A stretch of 64,000 nt of DNA, from the NCBI GenBank assembly GCA_965249485.1, contig OZ252239.1, positions 2,592,001 through 2,656,000 of the forward strand. The letters are read 5' to 3'. Origin of the DNA: a bacterium. Its GTDB lineage: Bacteria; SM23-31. Below are positions 49,286 to 60,460 of the stretch, piece by piece. The notes beneath the pieces are model-generated. The model was not told where the DNA came from and searched no databases. It saw only the letters and a program-made list of their open reading frames with translations. A program made the translations under genes and the position numbers. Numbering within the stretch: position 1 is the stretch's first letter; each line of letters opens with the position of its first letter.

Positions 49286-50408
49286 TGACGTATTGAGTTA
49301 AACTTTTATCGAGATTTGTGAGGTGATTTACAAATCTATCTTTCAAGTATTTAGTCAGTCCCTCTGACAAGCCAAAGCGGTCATTTAATATACTCATGAG
49401 AAACCAGATTAACTCCTGAACATTTGAAAAATTCAATTGATTGTTAGCAGTTTTTAACCACTGCTGAAGAAATGCATCCCCTTCTTTATTTGCAACTGAT
49501 TTCTGATATTCAGCAACATTGAGGACACTTCCTTTTTTTTGCATTTCTTTCAAGCAGGAAATTTGAACATCGGTAATTCTATTTCCTGTCAATAACGTCT
49601 TCACTGTAATATTCGATTTACCCCGAGCGCCTGAATATACAATAGTCCTCATATCATTCTCATTAGGTGTATTGTCTACAAGCACAAATTTGAATTTTGG
49701 ACATTCAACCCTAATAAAACGCTGTTTCCGATAGCGGGCTTTCCTTACTAATGATTTTTGCATTTGTTGCCGCAGCCGCTTTTTTACAGGGGAGTCGGGA
49801 TCGTCAAAACCAACGCCACCTGGTTTTCTTCCACCACGCAAATATTTGCTTTTAGACTTTTCGATGTCGAGAACAGCTTTATTCAATATTTTTTTAATTG
49901 CATCTTTGTCAAAATCATATTCTTCTCTGCTCAATACACTTAAAACACGCCTAAGTTCGGTAGTACCATCCTTGACAAGACTTGTGATGCGTCTCGTAAT
50001 AGGATCCTTCATAAGTTTGTTATATACTTCCGTGGTATACTCGTTTATCTGAGGCAGTTCATTTGCTTGAGGAGTGAATTTTTCAATAAGTTTCTGGAGG
50101 ATTTTCTTTTTTGAACGCATCCGGTATTGCTTTATAAGTTTTTCTACTTCTTTTTGGATACGTCCTTTGGAGATAGAGATATTTTTCTGACGTTTTTGGC
50201 CAAATATTTCGAGAACGGTATCTTCATATTCCTGATGATTTATTGCATTGCTGAAATTATTTAATATCTCGTTGACAAGGTTTTTTTTGAAAAAATCGGA
50301 GATTTCGAATTTATCCCTTCCCTGCTCCTTTTCTTTAAGAAGATATTTTATCGATTGCCGAATTTCGATAAATATTTGCTCTTTATCCATTGTCAAAAAT
50401 GTGATCAA
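49260..50408 (-). CDS. Hypothetical basic helical protein
   Basis: 382-aa ORF with no recognisable motif. Confidence 0.6.
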   Translation of the reverse strand: MITFLTMDKEQIFIEIRQSIKYLLKEKEQGRDKFEISDFFKKNLVNEILNNFSNAINHQEYEDTVLEIFGQKRQKNISISKGRIQKEVEKLIKQYRMRSKKKILQKLIEKFTPQANELPQINEYTTEVYNKLMKDPITRRITSLVKDGTTELRRVLSVLSREEYDFDKDAIKKILNKAVLDIEKSKSKYLRGGRKPGGVGFDDPDSPVKKRLRQQMQKSLVRKARYRKQRFIRVECPKFKFVLVDNTPNENDMRTIVYSGARGKSNITVKTLLTGNRITDVQISCLKEMQKKGSVLNVAEYQKSVANKEGDAFLQQWLKTANNQLNFSNVQELIWFLMSILNDRFGLSEGLTKYLKDRFVNHLTNLDKSLTQYVIEKALASL

Positions 50409-50537
50409 TCTAATATGTTTGAAATATAGGAAAGTATTTTTCTATTAACGTAGAAAAATATTAAATCTTTTAAAGTTTGTCAAGGATTCTCTTGAATGAA
50501 ATTGAAGTCTGTGATGATCATCACAATTATTGGTAAT

Positions 50538-50572
50538 AAAAAAAGGCAGCTATGTTACTGTAGCTGCCTTTT
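50538..50572 (-). terminator. Intrinsic terminator after flagellin
   Basis: AAAAGGCAGCTA/TAGCTGCCTTTT with a T-tract. Confidence 0.85.
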
Positions 50573-50598
50573 AATTGAATACACTTATGAATATAGCA

Positions 50599-51444
50599 TT
50601 ATGTGAATAATGCAAGTACATTGTGCGGCGTAATATTTGACTGCGCTAACTGTGCAGTTGATGTTTGCTGCAGAATGAGGAATCGGGTTGCATTTAATTG
50701 TTCCTGCGCTATATCTGCATCAAGTATCCTGCTTTTTGTTGCCTCTGTATTAGTAATTGCAATACTTAATGACGATTCTTTTGAAGACAATCGTGTTGTA
50801 AACGCACCGACTTTCTGCAAAGCCGTATTGACTGTGTCTAATGCAGCATCAACTTTTGTCAGAGCACCCTGCGCACTCGCGGCTGATAAAATTTCAAGAG
50901 AAACATCGGAGGCTTCAATGCTTAATTGAGCAGACGAAATATTGATGCTTGTCAAATCTGCAGCAAATATATTTCCCGGTTGTTCACCCGACTGTATTGT
51001 TGCTACAAATGTACCTTGAATTAAAAAATTGTCATTAAAGGTTGTTTCGTTAGCGATACTATCAATTTCAGCGATTAGTTCTACAATCTCTGTTTGTATA
51101 GCAGTTCTCTCATCAACTCCAAGAGAATCACTGGCAGCTTGTGTCACTTTTTCTTTAATTGTAATTAATATATCACCAATATTGAGCAGACCTCCCTCTG
51201 CAATGGAGAGTACATTCTTTGCAGTACCAACATTGTCTAATGCAACAGATAAGCCACGTGAACGCGCCTCAAGACGTCTGGATATAGTAAATCCTGCCGG
51301 ATCATCACCTACCTCGTTGATACGCCTTCCGGTTGCAAGCCGCAACTGACTTATTTCAAGACTTCTATTGACTGACTTAAGGGCATTTAGTGCATTAAAT
51401 GCCGCAATATTGGTATTTATACGGGTGGAGTCGCCTATTGCCAT
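50599..51444 (-). CDS. fliC: Flagellin (short, D0/D1 domains only)
   Basis: RINTN, RLATGRRIN..DDPAG, TTFN and SRILDADIA. Confidence 0.93.
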   Translation of the reverse strand: MAIGDSTRINTNIAAFNALNALKSVNRSLEISQLRLATGRRINEVGDDPAGFTISRRLEARSRGLSVALDNVGTAKNVLSIAEGGLLNIGDILITIKEKVTQAASDSLGVDERTAIQTEIVELIAEIDSIANETTFNDNFLIQGTFVATIQSGEQPGNIFAADLTSINISSAQLSIEASDVSLEILSAASAQGALTKVDAALDTVNTALQKVGAFTTRLSSKESSLSIAITNTEATKSRILDADIAQEQLNATRFLILQQTSTAQLAQSNITPHNVLALFT

Positions 51445-51552
51445 ATGAGACCTCCTTGTATGGAAAACAGTTTACTTTTATGCCATAATATTCCGAAAAA
51501 AAACGGGAATTTGATTGAAAATGTACAATTACGTATACGTTCCTAATTCAAG

Positions 51553-51579
51553 TTATCGGCACTACTTGAAATAACTTTA
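51553..51579 (-). promoter_or_regulatory. sigma28 (FliA) promoter of flagellin
   Basis: TAAA-N15-GCCGATAA, exact consensus. Confidence 0.9.
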
Positions 51580-51626
51580 ATATTATTTTGAATATTTTTT
51601 AAATTAATTTTGTTAGCAAGATAAAT

Positions 51627-51660
51627 AAAAAAACGCGGAATCAAATGATCCCGCGTTTTT
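51627..51660 (-). terminator. Intrinsic terminator after cpoB
   Basis: AAAAACGCGG/CCGCGTTTTT. Confidence 0.8.
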
Positions 51661-51686
51661 CAATGATGTTTCATGTATATTGTGTG

Positions 51687-52469
51687 TTATTGCAGGCGGT
51701 TTAAATAAGATTGAGCCCGCGGAACATATTCACTTTTTGCATAATTGGTAATCAGTTTATTGAATTCTTCTTTAGCCCGATTTCTATCGCTAAGTTTAAA
51801 ATAAGTATATCCAAGTTTGAATTGCGCATCATCATCTTTATTTGATTTCAAAAAGGTAAAGACCTTTTCAAAGGCTATAATAGCCTGATTATAATCTTTT
51901 AACGCAAAGTAACATTCGCCTACCCAATATTGACAATTATCAGACAGTGCATGATTTCTGTTAGTCGATAATACGCTGGAAAAACGTGACAATGCGTCAC
52001 GATAATTCCTGTTTTGATATGCTGTCATTGCCTGTTGATACTCAATTTCAAATGAGGTCATAGGCCGATTCGATGCAACCGGTTTTTGGGAGGAAGCATT
52101 ATCACGGGAAAGTACAGAACCTGCCTGCCGCATCTCAATTGATTCATTTGTATTCGATCGAAGTTCGTTCTCAATTTGCCGAATTCGCTCATTTAACATC
52201 ATCATATCTGATTTGAGCAGATTGTTTTCCTCATTTAATGTCAAATTAACCTGTTCCAGCTTAGTGAGTTGGTTATTGAGGTCATCTGTATTTCCGTATG
52301 TTTGGCTTTCATTGTTTTGAATTTGCTGTTGTGCATTTAATAACTCTATAAGGTCCTCTTCCTTTTGCTCTTCGGACACTTCAATATTCCTTGTGGCCAT
52401 AAGAGCACACTGCATAAAAAGAATGAGAAAGAAAACACTTACAATGCAGGGGATTTTATTCATATTCAT
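51687..52469 (-). CDS. cpoB: Tol-Pal-associated CpoB/YbgF-like lipoprotein
   Basis: Signal peptide with Cys, coiled coil, TPRs (DNCQYWVGECYF, DDAQFKLG). Confidence 0.75.
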   Translation of the reverse strand: MNMNKIPCIVSVFFLILFMQCALMATRNIEVSEEQKEEDLIELLNAQQQIQNNESQTYGNTDDLNNQLTKLEQVNLTLNEENNLLKSDMMMLNERIRQIENELRSNTNESIEMRQAGSVLSRDNASSQKPVASNRPMTSFEIEYQQAMTAYQNRNYRDALSRFSSVLSTNRNHALSDNCQYWVGECYFALKDYNQAIIAFEKVFTFLKSNKDDDAQFKLGYTYFKLSDRNRAKEEFNKLITNYAKSEYVPRAQSYLNRLQ

Positions 52470-52519
52470 TGCATACTCCCAAAATCAATGATGGTTTCTT
52501 TTATACTCAAATAATACAA

Positions 52520-53329
52520 CTAATGTTCTCTAATGCTTTTTCTGTTGATATACTGAATCATAATGATTCCTATGAGAATCATAGCAAAACTCAATCCCTG
52601 GTTAACAGAAATTTTCAAATCACCCAAATAAAAGAGAATCATACTGTTTTCATAATACCTAAATATATCGACAATAAACCTTGAAATTCCGTAAAAAATA
52701 AGAAAAGTAAAAAATGTAGTATGTTTAAAGTAGTTATAACGTTCACTTAATAACAGCAAGATGAAATTAATTGCTCCGGCAAATGATGCATAAAGCTGCG
52801 CTGGATGTAAAGCTTCTCCAGGGTATATAGCACTCGCCGGGCTGATACTCGGAAAAGTTACTGACCAAGTAGCTTCTAATGGAGTACCGAAACAACATCC
52901 GTGCATAAAACACCCGACACGTGTTATAGCAAAACCCAGTGCAACTGAAGGAGCAATAACATTCAATACAGGTAATATTGGAGTTTTTTTATATCTAAGA
53001 AATAGAATACTACTCAGAATAGAGAGAATAACACCTCCCAGTACCGTCAACCCAGCTATTCCAACAGTTCCATCACTTTGAAATGGATTGATAATATCAA
53101 GCATCCTGCCTTGAAATTCTCCTATATGAAATACTACATACATTCCACGTGCTCCGAGGAGACCAGCGATGATTAATATTATTGATAAATCAACTACAGT
53201 GTCAGGATTAACCTTTGCTAATTTAGCCCTTTTTACCGCCAAATTAATCCCTATTAAAAATGAAATAAGAAGCATTACTCCAAATGAGTGAACTTCAAAC
53301 CAACCTAATTTAAACAATACTGGATGCAT
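52520..53329 (-). CDS. lgt: Prolipoprotein diacylglyceryl transferase
   Basis: GAR..YV, RVGCFMHGCCFG, HPAQLY and RFIVDIFR. Confidence 0.93.
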   Translation of the reverse strand: MHPVLFKLGWFEVHSFGVMLLISFLIGINLAVKRAKLAKVNPDTVVDLSIILIIAGLLGARGMYVVFHIGEFQGRMLDIINPFQSDGTVGIAGLTVLGGVILSILSSILFLRYKKTPILPVLNVIAPSVALGFAITRVGCFMHGCCFGTPLEATWSVTFPSISPASAIYPGEALHPAQLYASFAGAINFILLLLSERYNYFKHTTFFTFLIFYGISRFIVDIFRYYENSMILFYLGDLKISVNQGLSFAMILIGIIMIQYINRKSIREH

Positions 53330-53370
53330 GATAGATAGTTTTCCTGATAATATTTATAATTGTATAGTGG

Positions 53371-54597
53371 CTAAAAATATGTTCCGCGTTTGTACGCAAT
53401 ATTTAATGTTATCCCCATCATAACATATAGAGTGACTAAAAACGATCCGCCATAACTGAGAAATGGGAGCGGCAGTCCTGTTACGGGCATTATATTTACT
53501 GTCATGGCGGTATTAACAAAGACATGAAATAATATAATTGATGTAAATCCAATAACGATTAGGCTATCAAAATGTTCCCTTGACATTGAAGCTATAGACA
53601 GCATCTTTGCTATTAGAAGAAAAAACAACAATAGCACTGCCGAAACACCAACATATCCAAACTCTTCCGCCAAAACAGAGAAAATAAAATCGGTATTCTG
53701 CTCAGGAAGAAATTTGAGCTGCGTTTGTGTGCCCTTCAAAAACCCTTTACCTGTCAATCCCCCGGAGCCGATTGCGTTCATCGATTGTATTACCTGGTAG
53801 CCTGTCCCGCGGGCATCCTGTTGAGGATCAAAGAGAATTTTTATCCGTTGTTGTTGATACGGTTTCAAATTGTTCAACAATTCTGGAGTGACAATTCCGG
53901 ATGCAATATTAATGATAAATAAACCTAATACAACTGAAAGACGTTTTTGAGACAAATAGAGAACACCAACAACTATCATCATCCAAATCAAGAAGAAAAT
54001 AAAATGAAATGATGTAATGATGCTGAGAAACGGAGATAAGATTACAAATAAAGTGAACGGCTGAATACCTGCCCAGTAGAGGATTGGAATTACAAATGAT
54101 AAAAAGACAAGGCTAGTGCCAAGATCAGGCTGCTCATTAACGATATATGCTGGAATTGCAATAATAAGAAAGACTATTGCCAGATCTTTGAGCCGGTTGT
54201 TTGCTATTTTAACTTGAGAAAGAAAACGTGCAAGGCCAATGACAACTGCAACTTTAGCAAACTCAGAAGGTTGCAGCCCAACCATTCCAATTCTAATCCA
54301 TCGCTCAGAACCTTGTCCGCTCCCCTGAAACAAGACGAGAACCAATAACAAAACTGAAACCCCATATATGATGTACGCAAATGCTAATAGAAATTTTGTA
54401 GGAACTATGATCATTGTTATCGCGGTAACCAGTCCGACAACAAACCAGATTAATTGTTTTTGAAAGTCATTTGTGGGATTAACTTCATTAATACTAGCTT
54501 TGGCAGAATAGATAAGCACAAAACCGACAAAAGTAAGCAGCAACACTAAAATTATTAGCTGCCAATCAAGTTTATTTATTTGAAAACCCTTTTCCAT
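53371..54597 (-). CDS. rodA: Rod shape-determining protein RodA
   Basis: QPSEFAK, QPDLGT, PEQNTDFIF and GLPLPFLSYGGS. Confidence 0.95.
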   Translation of the reverse strand: MEKGFQINKLDWQLIILVLLLTFVGFVLIYSAKASINEVNPTNDFQKQLIWFVVGLVTAITMIIVPTKFLLAFAYIIYGVSVLLLVLVLFQGSGQGSERWIRIGMVGLQPSEFAKVAVVIGLARFLSQVKIANNRLKDLAIVFLIIAIPAYIVNEQPDLGTSLVFLSFVIPILYWAGIQPFTLFVILSPFLSIITSFHFIFFLIWMMIVVGVLYLSQKRLSVVLGLFIINIASGIVTPELLNNLKPYQQQRIKILFDPQQDARGTGYQVIQSMNAIGSGGLTGKGFLKGTQTQLKFLPEQNTDFIFSVLAEEFGYVGVSAVLLLFFLLIAKMLSIASMSREHFDSLIVIGFTSIILFHVFVNTAMTVNIMPVTGLPLPFLSYGGSFLVTLYVMMGITLNIAYKRGTYF

Positions 54598-54604
54598 ATA
54601 AATG

Positions 54605-56416
54605 TTACTTTAATTTTGACGAAAGAATTACATCATTTTTAAACTCACTAAGGCGAAAAAACTCTTTAAATATTTCTCTCGCAATTGGCGCTGCAATCCT
54701 GCCTCCACCTCCACCATTTTCAACTAAAACGGCAAGAGCGATGATGGGATTTTCTTCTGGTGCATAACCTATAAACCATGCATGATCCTGACCATGTATA
54801 TTTTCGGCCGTACCAGTTTTTCCGGCTATAGCAATATTTCTGTTTTGAACAGTTAGTGCAGTACCCCTTGATCCGTTTACAACATTATGCATTCCCTTCC
54901 TCACGGTATCCCATACATCTTCCCTGATTCCTTCTACGTGTTTTACTGTGAGGGTTGGCATATATACGACAGAATCGGATTTAGAATCTTCAGCCATTTT
55001 TAAGAAATGGGGTTGAACAAGATTTCCTTTTGTGGCGATCGATGCAGTAAACTTAGCCATTTGCAGTGGAGTTGCCAATAAATCACCCTGGCCAATTATT
55101 AAGTTTACCATCTGCCCTTTTTCATTCCAGCCAACTTCTTTATATTTTTCATCCATGTATGTCTTTATGGGTAAAATTCCCGGATTCTCCTCTGGAAAAT
55201 CTAAGCCAGTTGTGGCTCCGAAACCAAATTTTCTCCCATAATCAGACCACTGTTCCAATGTTATTTTTTGTGAAAGATTGTAAAAATACACATTACATGA
55301 TTGTTCAATTGCTTGAACGATATCTAGTTTTCCATGTCCTTCTTTGCGCCAACAATAGTGAGTTTTTCTCCCTATTCTAAAACTCCCATTACACACAAAT
55401 GTTTGCCCAGGTGTTGTATTGTTATCATTCAGGGCGGAGATTGCACCAATTATTTTATATGTTGAACCCGGCGGAAATCTACTTTGTGTTACTCGGTTAT
55501 AGAGCGGTGATCCAGGATCGTTGAGGAGAAGATTATATTCTTCTTGTGTAAAATGACTGCTCATAAAAAATGGCTCATAATCCGGTTTACTCACTGCGGC
55601 ATAAATTTCGCCATTTTGCGGATTGAGTGCAACGATAGCACCGAGACTATCACCCAGAAGTTCTTCTGCTCTTATTTGAAGATCCCTGTCTAAAGTTAGT
55701 ATCAGATTGTTTCCTGGAATAGTTTCAACAGTATTGGGGGTTTGAATCTCGCCCACTTCCCTTCCTAAGACATCAACTTCAAGATACGTATAACCCTTTT
55801 GACCTCTTAAAAGGTTTTCATAATATTTTTCCAACCCCATTTTCCCGATGACATCGCCAGAATTATAATAATCGCTTGACAGGCCTTTTATTTCATCTAC
55901 ACTTATCTCTTTAATGAAACCTAAGAAATGTGATGCTCGAATTCCTGACGGGTAAAAACGCTGAGGCTCATCTTGAGAAATTACTCCTGGCAAATCTAAA
56001 CGATTTTCTTCAAAGTAAACCAGTTCCCCATGATCGACCGTTAATATTTTAACAGGCTGATATTGCGTTGGAGCTGCTTCAAGTCGTTGGATAATATTGT
56101 TTTTTTCTTCAGGAAAATGAGATTCGATTAAATTGAATAGATAATTTTCATCTTTTAATTCATACGGTATAACGGAAACGGAATAGGCAGGCACATTGTC
56201 TACAAGAAGCACATGATTTCTATCATATATTCTCCCTCTGTTCGGAAAAACCTGAACTTCGCGTGTTCGATTTGACTCAGATTGCAGGCTATGCTGTTCA
56301 CTTCCGAGAATTTGTATAAAGAAAAAACGAAAATATATAACAATGAATACAAAAAACGTTATTGCAATAAATACAAAATAGCGCTTATTTTTTTGATCAG
56401 ATGATGATTCTTGCAT
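54605..56416 (-). CDS. mrdA: Penicillin-binding protein 2
   Basis: RGRIYDRN, PGSTYK, SCN and KTGTAE. Confidence 0.95.
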   Translation of the reverse strand: MQESSSDQKNKRYFVFIAITFFVFIVIYFRFFFIQILGSEQHSLQSESNRTREVQVFPNRGRIYDRNHVLLVDNVPAYSVSVIPYELKDENYLFNLIESHFPEEKNNIIQRLEAAPTQYQPVKILTVDHGELVYFEENRLDLPGVISQDEPQRFYPSGIRASHFLGFIKEISVDEIKGLSSDYYNSGDVIGKMGLEKYYENLLRGQKGYTYLEVDVLGREVGEIQTPNTVETIPGNNLILTLDRDLQIRAEELLGDSLGAIVALNPQNGEIYAAVSKPDYEPFFMSSHFTQEEYNLLLNDPGSPLYNRVTQSRFPPGSTYKIIGAISALNDNNTTPGQTFVCNGSFRIGRKTHYCWRKEGHGKLDIVQAIEQSCNVYFYNLSQKITLEQWSDYGRKFGFGATTGLDFPEENPGILPIKTYMDEKYKEVGWNEKGQMVNLIIGQGDLLATPLQMAKFTASIATKGNLVQPHFLKMAEDSKSDSVVYMPTLTVKHVEGIREDVWDTVRKGMHNVVNGSRGTALTVQNRNIAIAGKTGTAENIHGQDHAWFIGYAPEENPIIALAVLVENGGGGGRIAAPIAREIFKEFFRLSEFKNDVILSSKLK

Positions 56417-56428
56417 AATGTTCAGGTC

Positions 56429-56947
56429 TTATTTTTTTAGCCAATAAAAGAAAATGACTCCGATAAAAAGCGAATAAATTGTTGATGGTAATGATTGAAC
56501 AAATAAAAGCTTCCAGATATTGAATTCTGTGTTAATCGTATAAATTAATTTATATAATATATCATGAACGATATTAATTATAAAGTAAAATGCGCAAAAT
56601 TGGATTATTTTCTGTAACTTATGTGCTTTCGGTACATACCCTATAAGGAAACCTGCAAATGTTTTTGTCAAGGCATGCAATCCTATAATTCCGCCGCCGA
56701 ATGCATCAAGAAAAAATCCCGCAAAAAATCCAGTGAGCGTTGATGTGAGTTGAGAATGTCGAATTCCGAAAAAAAATAGTAAAATTAATACAAGCTCAGG
56801 TTGAACAATCACATTCGGAATGAAAATGAGCCCAAAATACTTAAGTACAGAAATTTGTACAATTATAAGTGAGGCGAATCCAGAACACCATTTGTAGAAT
56901 CGTACATTCAATAAAGAAAATATTCGAAGTGAAGCGAACGAACTCAT
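56429..56947 (-). CDS. mreD: Rod shape-determining protein MreD
   Basis: Hydrophobic; GFFAGFFLD...G.HAL; synteny. Confidence 0.85.
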   Translation of the reverse strand: MSSFASLRIFSLLNVRFYKWCSGFASLIIVQISVLKYFGLIFIPNVIVQPELVLILLFFFGIRHSQLTSTLTGFFAGFFLDAFGGGIIGLHALTKTFAGFLIGYVPKAHKLQKIIQFCAFYFIINIVHDILYKLIYTINTEFNIWKLLFVQSLPSTIYSLFIGVIFFYWLKK

Positions 56948-56984
56948 ATTGTCACGTTAAATAAAATTAATGTTTTTAACTGCT

Positions 56985-57776
56985 TTAGCTATCTGATGGA
57001 TTTTTGTTTAGAATAACACTCACTTCCTGAAGTTGATCGTATTTTACAAACAGATTCACAAAAACAGTTTTAAACAATCCAGGTTCTCGTGTAAAATCGG
57101 AAACGGTACCAATAGGAATTCCAAAGGGATATATATTGCCATGCCGAGATGACACTACCGTATCTCCAACAGTTACGACTGCACTACCATTCACATTCAA
57201 AACTGCGATATTATCCTCAAGAAATGATAAAAATCCCATTATTTCTGCCCTTTTCAGTTGTGAACTGACACGAAAACTACCGTCCGTTAGAAGTTGGCAA
57301 ATGGAAAAATTTGAGCCGCTTTCGATAATTTTCCCTACTAATCCATTATTAGTTATAACAGGATCGTTTTTTGTCACCCCATCCCGGCTACCCAGGTCGA
57401 TAGTTACAGTGCTGAGAAGAGGTGAATTCCAGTGAGTAATATGTCCCGATTTGAACTCATATTTAGTATTTTGTTTGAAATCCAAGAGCTCACGTAACCG
57501 TTGGTTCTGTTCACTAATTACACGTAACTGGTCGTTTTCAAAATTGAGTCGAAGATTATCGGACTTGAGCTGTTTGTTTTCTTCCAAAGCTGCAAATAGC
57601 AATACAACCCAATTCAGCTTTTGAGTTACACTACCGGCAACATCTGCAGATATAGTTCTCAGGACTAATACCTGTGAAGTTTGGTTAGAAAATATTAGAA
57701 TTGTTGATATGATTAGGCACAAAAAAAACACAAGAACCGTTTTGTGAAAATGGATGAATCGAATGATGCGTTCCAT
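56985..57776 (-). CDS. mreC: Rod shape-determining protein MreC
   Basis: TM plus coiled coil, IDLGSRDGV, GLVGKI and YPFGIPIG. Confidence 0.93.
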   Translation of the reverse strand: MERIIRFIHFHKTVLVFFLCLIISTILIFSNQTSQVLVLRTISADVAGSVTQKLNWVVLLFAALEENKQLKSDNLRLNFENDQLRVISEQNQRLRELLDFKQNTKYEFKSGHITHWNSPLLSTVTIDLGSRDGVTKNDPVITNNGLVGKIIESGSNFSICQLLTDGSFRVSSQLKRAEIMGFLSFLEDNIAVLNVNGSAVVTVGDTVVSSRHGNIYPFGIPIGTVSDFTREPGLFKTVFVNLFVKYDQLQEVSVILNKNPSDS

Positions 57777-57806
57777 GTATAACCATCCTTTTAATCAAAC
57801 AGATTT

Positions 57807-58835
57807 TTATCGACGGCTTTTTATAAGAACTTTCTCATAGAATTCTATATCATCCAAAACTTTGCCAGTTCCCCGCACAACGCACGTCAAAGGGTCTTCA
57901 GCAACAATTATCGGGAGATTGGATTCTTCCCGAATCCGCTCATCCAATCCCCTTAACAATGCTCCTCCGCCTGTCAAGATTATACCGCGGTCTAAAATGT
58001 CTGATGCTAATTCCGGGGGTGTTTTTTCCAGTGAAAGACGAACTGCATCTACAATCGCATTTATCGGTACACTGAGAGCTTCTCTGATTTCCACCGAACT
58101 CACTTCAGTTGTTTTTGGAACTCCAGCTACTAAATCTCGTCCTTTTACCGGCAATGTGATTTCTTCCTCGAGAGGAACAGCAGAGCCTAATGTACATTTA
58201 ATTTCTTCTGCTGACTTTTCTCCTATCAGCATGTTGTAATTTCTATTGAAAAACTGAAGAATCACTTGGTTCATTTCATCTCCGCCGATTCTTACCGATG
58301 TTTCACACACAATACCAGAAAGCGCAATCACCGCTATTTCTGTAGTCCCTCCTCCAACATCGATAACCATATTGCCGATTGGCTGATGAATTTCTAGGCC
58401 AACTCCAATCGCTGCAGCCATTGGTTCAGCGATCAAAAGTACTTCGCCGGCACCAGCATGTTCGGCCGAATCACGAACAGCACGCTTTTCAACTTCTGTT
58501 ATGCTTGACGGAACTGAAATTACCATTCTTAGATGGATAAATCGGCTAATGTGTACTCTTTTAATGAATTCTCTCAGCATATCTTCAACAACTTCAAAAT
58601 CGGCAATCACACCATCTTTCATTGGGCGGATTATTTCAATATCTCCGGGAGTTCTTCCAAGCATTTTTTTTGCTTCATGTCCGATAGCAACCATTTTTCG
58701 GTTGTTTTTGTTTAATGCAACAATCGAAGGTTCATTGACAATAATCCCCTTACCCTTCACATAGATCAAGGTGTTTGCCGTACCTAAATCTATTGCAATA
58801 TCACTGGATAAAAAACTGAATGATGACAATATCAT
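57807..58835 (-). CDS. mreB: Rod shape-determining protein MreB
   Basis: DLGTANT, EPMAAAIG, DVGGGTTE and LTGGGALL. Confidence 0.98.
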   Translation of the reverse strand: MILSSFSFLSSDIAIDLGTANTLIYVKGKGIIVNEPSIVALNKNNRKMVAIGHEAKKMLGRTPGDIEIIRPMKDGVIADFEVVEDMLREFIKRVHISRFIHLRMVISVPSSITEVEKRAVRDSAEHAGAGEVLLIAEPMAAAIGVGLEIHQPIGNMVIDVGGGTTEIAVIALSGIVCETSVRIGGDEMNQVILQFFNRNYNMLIGEKSAEEIKCTLGSAVPLEEEITLPVKGRDLVAGVPKTTEVSSVEIREALSVPINAIVDAVRLSLEKTPPELASDILDRGIILTGGGALLRGLDERIREESNLPIIVAEDPLTCVVRGTGKVLDDIEFYEKVLIKSRR

Positions 58836-58906
58836 GTATTCCTCAATTCGTCTCAGTTGTTAAAAATACAATGCTTTATCCTTAAATTTGCCGATTCCCA
58901 TAAAGT

Positions 58907-60460
58907 TTAATGCCTGAAATGTCTGACACCAGTAAATATCATAGCAATATTATGCTCTTCAGCAGCAGCAATTACCTCATCATCCCGAACTGAACCGCCT
59001 GGCTGAATAACTGCTGTCGCTCCTGCTTCTTTTGCTGCATCTATTCCATCCCGAAAAGGAAAAAATGCATCTGAAATGAGAACAGAGCCCTTAAGACTTA
59101 TGTTCTCTTGCTGAGCTTTTATGGAAGCCAATTCAGCTGCGTCTATTCGAGATGGTTGCCCTATTCCAATACCAAGCGTCCTTTCTGGTGAGCAGTAAAC
59201 TATACAATTCGACTTGACATATTTTATCAATTTCCATCCAAAACGGAGAGCTTCCCATTCAAATTCATTTGGTTCTCTGCTTGTAACTACCTTAAATTGA
59301 TTATCCTCAAAGTTTTCAACATCGTTGTCCTGAATCAAAATGCCACCATGAATAGTTTTAATCTCTTGAAAAGTTTCACGAGCATTAAAACTTGAAAGCG
59401 TTTTAAGGATTCTGATATTTTTCTTCTGTGAAATTATATCAAATGCATCCGGCTCAAAATAGGGAGCAATTAATACCTCAATAAACATTTGAGATAATCT
59501 TTCTGCCGTCGGGACATCAAGCGGCCTGTTCAAACCAATAATTCCCCCATAAGCAGAGACAGTATCGGTCGAAAATGCTTTGTCAAACGCTTTGACCAAT
59601 TCATCATCACAACCTACACCGCATGGATTTGCATGTTTAATAACGACAGCTGTAGGCTTGTCATATTCATGAGACAATGACATGGCTGTATCAATATCAA
59701 CGATATTATTATATGACAATTGTTTTCCACTTAACTGCTTATAAGGCAAATCTTCAAAAGGCCTTTGGTAGAAAGCCGCTTTTTGATGCGGATTCTCGCC
59801 ATATCTTAACACATTGACCTTCTTGTACAATTCATAGACGTTGTCAGGAAAATCAACAGCTTGATTATTCTGTAACTCTGAAAGATATTTGCTGATAAAC
59901 CAATCGTACGATGATGTCAAAGCAAATACATCTGTTGCAAGCTTTAATGACAAAGATTCAGATATAGTGTTGTCGTTTTCTGAAAGTTCCTGTAGAATAG
60001 AATCATATGTTTCCGGTGAAGTGATAGCCGCAACATCACCATAATTTTTTGCAGCTGCTCGAAGTAATGAAACCCCTCCAATATCAATTTGCACAAGAAT
60101 TTCCTCAGTTGATTTATTTCCTTCGGCTAATGTTTCTACAAATGGGTATAGATTTACTGCAACCAAATCAATACTCTGCAAATCATACTCAAACAGTGAT
60201 TCAATATGATCGTCTCTGTTTCGGAGTGCCAATATTCCCATAAAAATATTGGGATGAAGTGTTTTTACTCTCCCATCAAGGCATTCCGGAAAATTCGTTA
60301 CCTCTTCAACAAGCTGACATGCTATGTTGTTTCTCTTCAGGAGGGCAGCAGTTCCCCCGGTGCTAATTATTGCAACTCCTAACTCAAATAACCTTTGAGC
60401 AAATTTAACAACACCGGTTTTGTTGTGCACACTAATGAGAGCTGTTCTAATTTCAGGCAT
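58907..60460 (-). CDS. purH: Bifunctional AICAR transformylase/IMP cyclohydrolase
   Basis: [24 protein letters not shown] and GVRHFRH. Confidence 0.98.
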   Translation of the reverse strand: MPEIRTALISVHNKTGVVKFAQRLFELGVAIISTGGTAALLKRNNIACQLVEEVTNFPECLDGRVKTLHPNIFMGILALRNRDDHIESLFEYDLQSIDLVAVNLYPFVETLAEGNKSTEEILVQIDIGGVSLLRAAAKNYGDVAAITSPETYDSILQELSENDNTISESLSLKLATDVFALTSSYDWFISKYLSELQNNQAVDFPDNVYELYKKVNVLRYGENPHQKAAFYQRPFEDLPYKQLSGKQLSYNNIVDIDTAMSLSHEYDKPTAVVIKHANPCGVGCDDELVKAFDKAFSTDTVSAYGGIIGLNRPLDVPTAERLSQMFIEVLIAPYFEPDAFDIISQKKNIRILKTLSSFNARETFQEIKTIHGGILIQDNDVENFEDNQFKVVTSREPNEFEWEALRFGWKLIKYVKSNCIVYCSPERTLGIGIGQPSRIDAAELASIKAQQENISLKGSVLISDAFFPFRDGIDAAKEAGATAVIQPGGSVRDDEVIAAAEEHNIAMIFTGVRHFRH

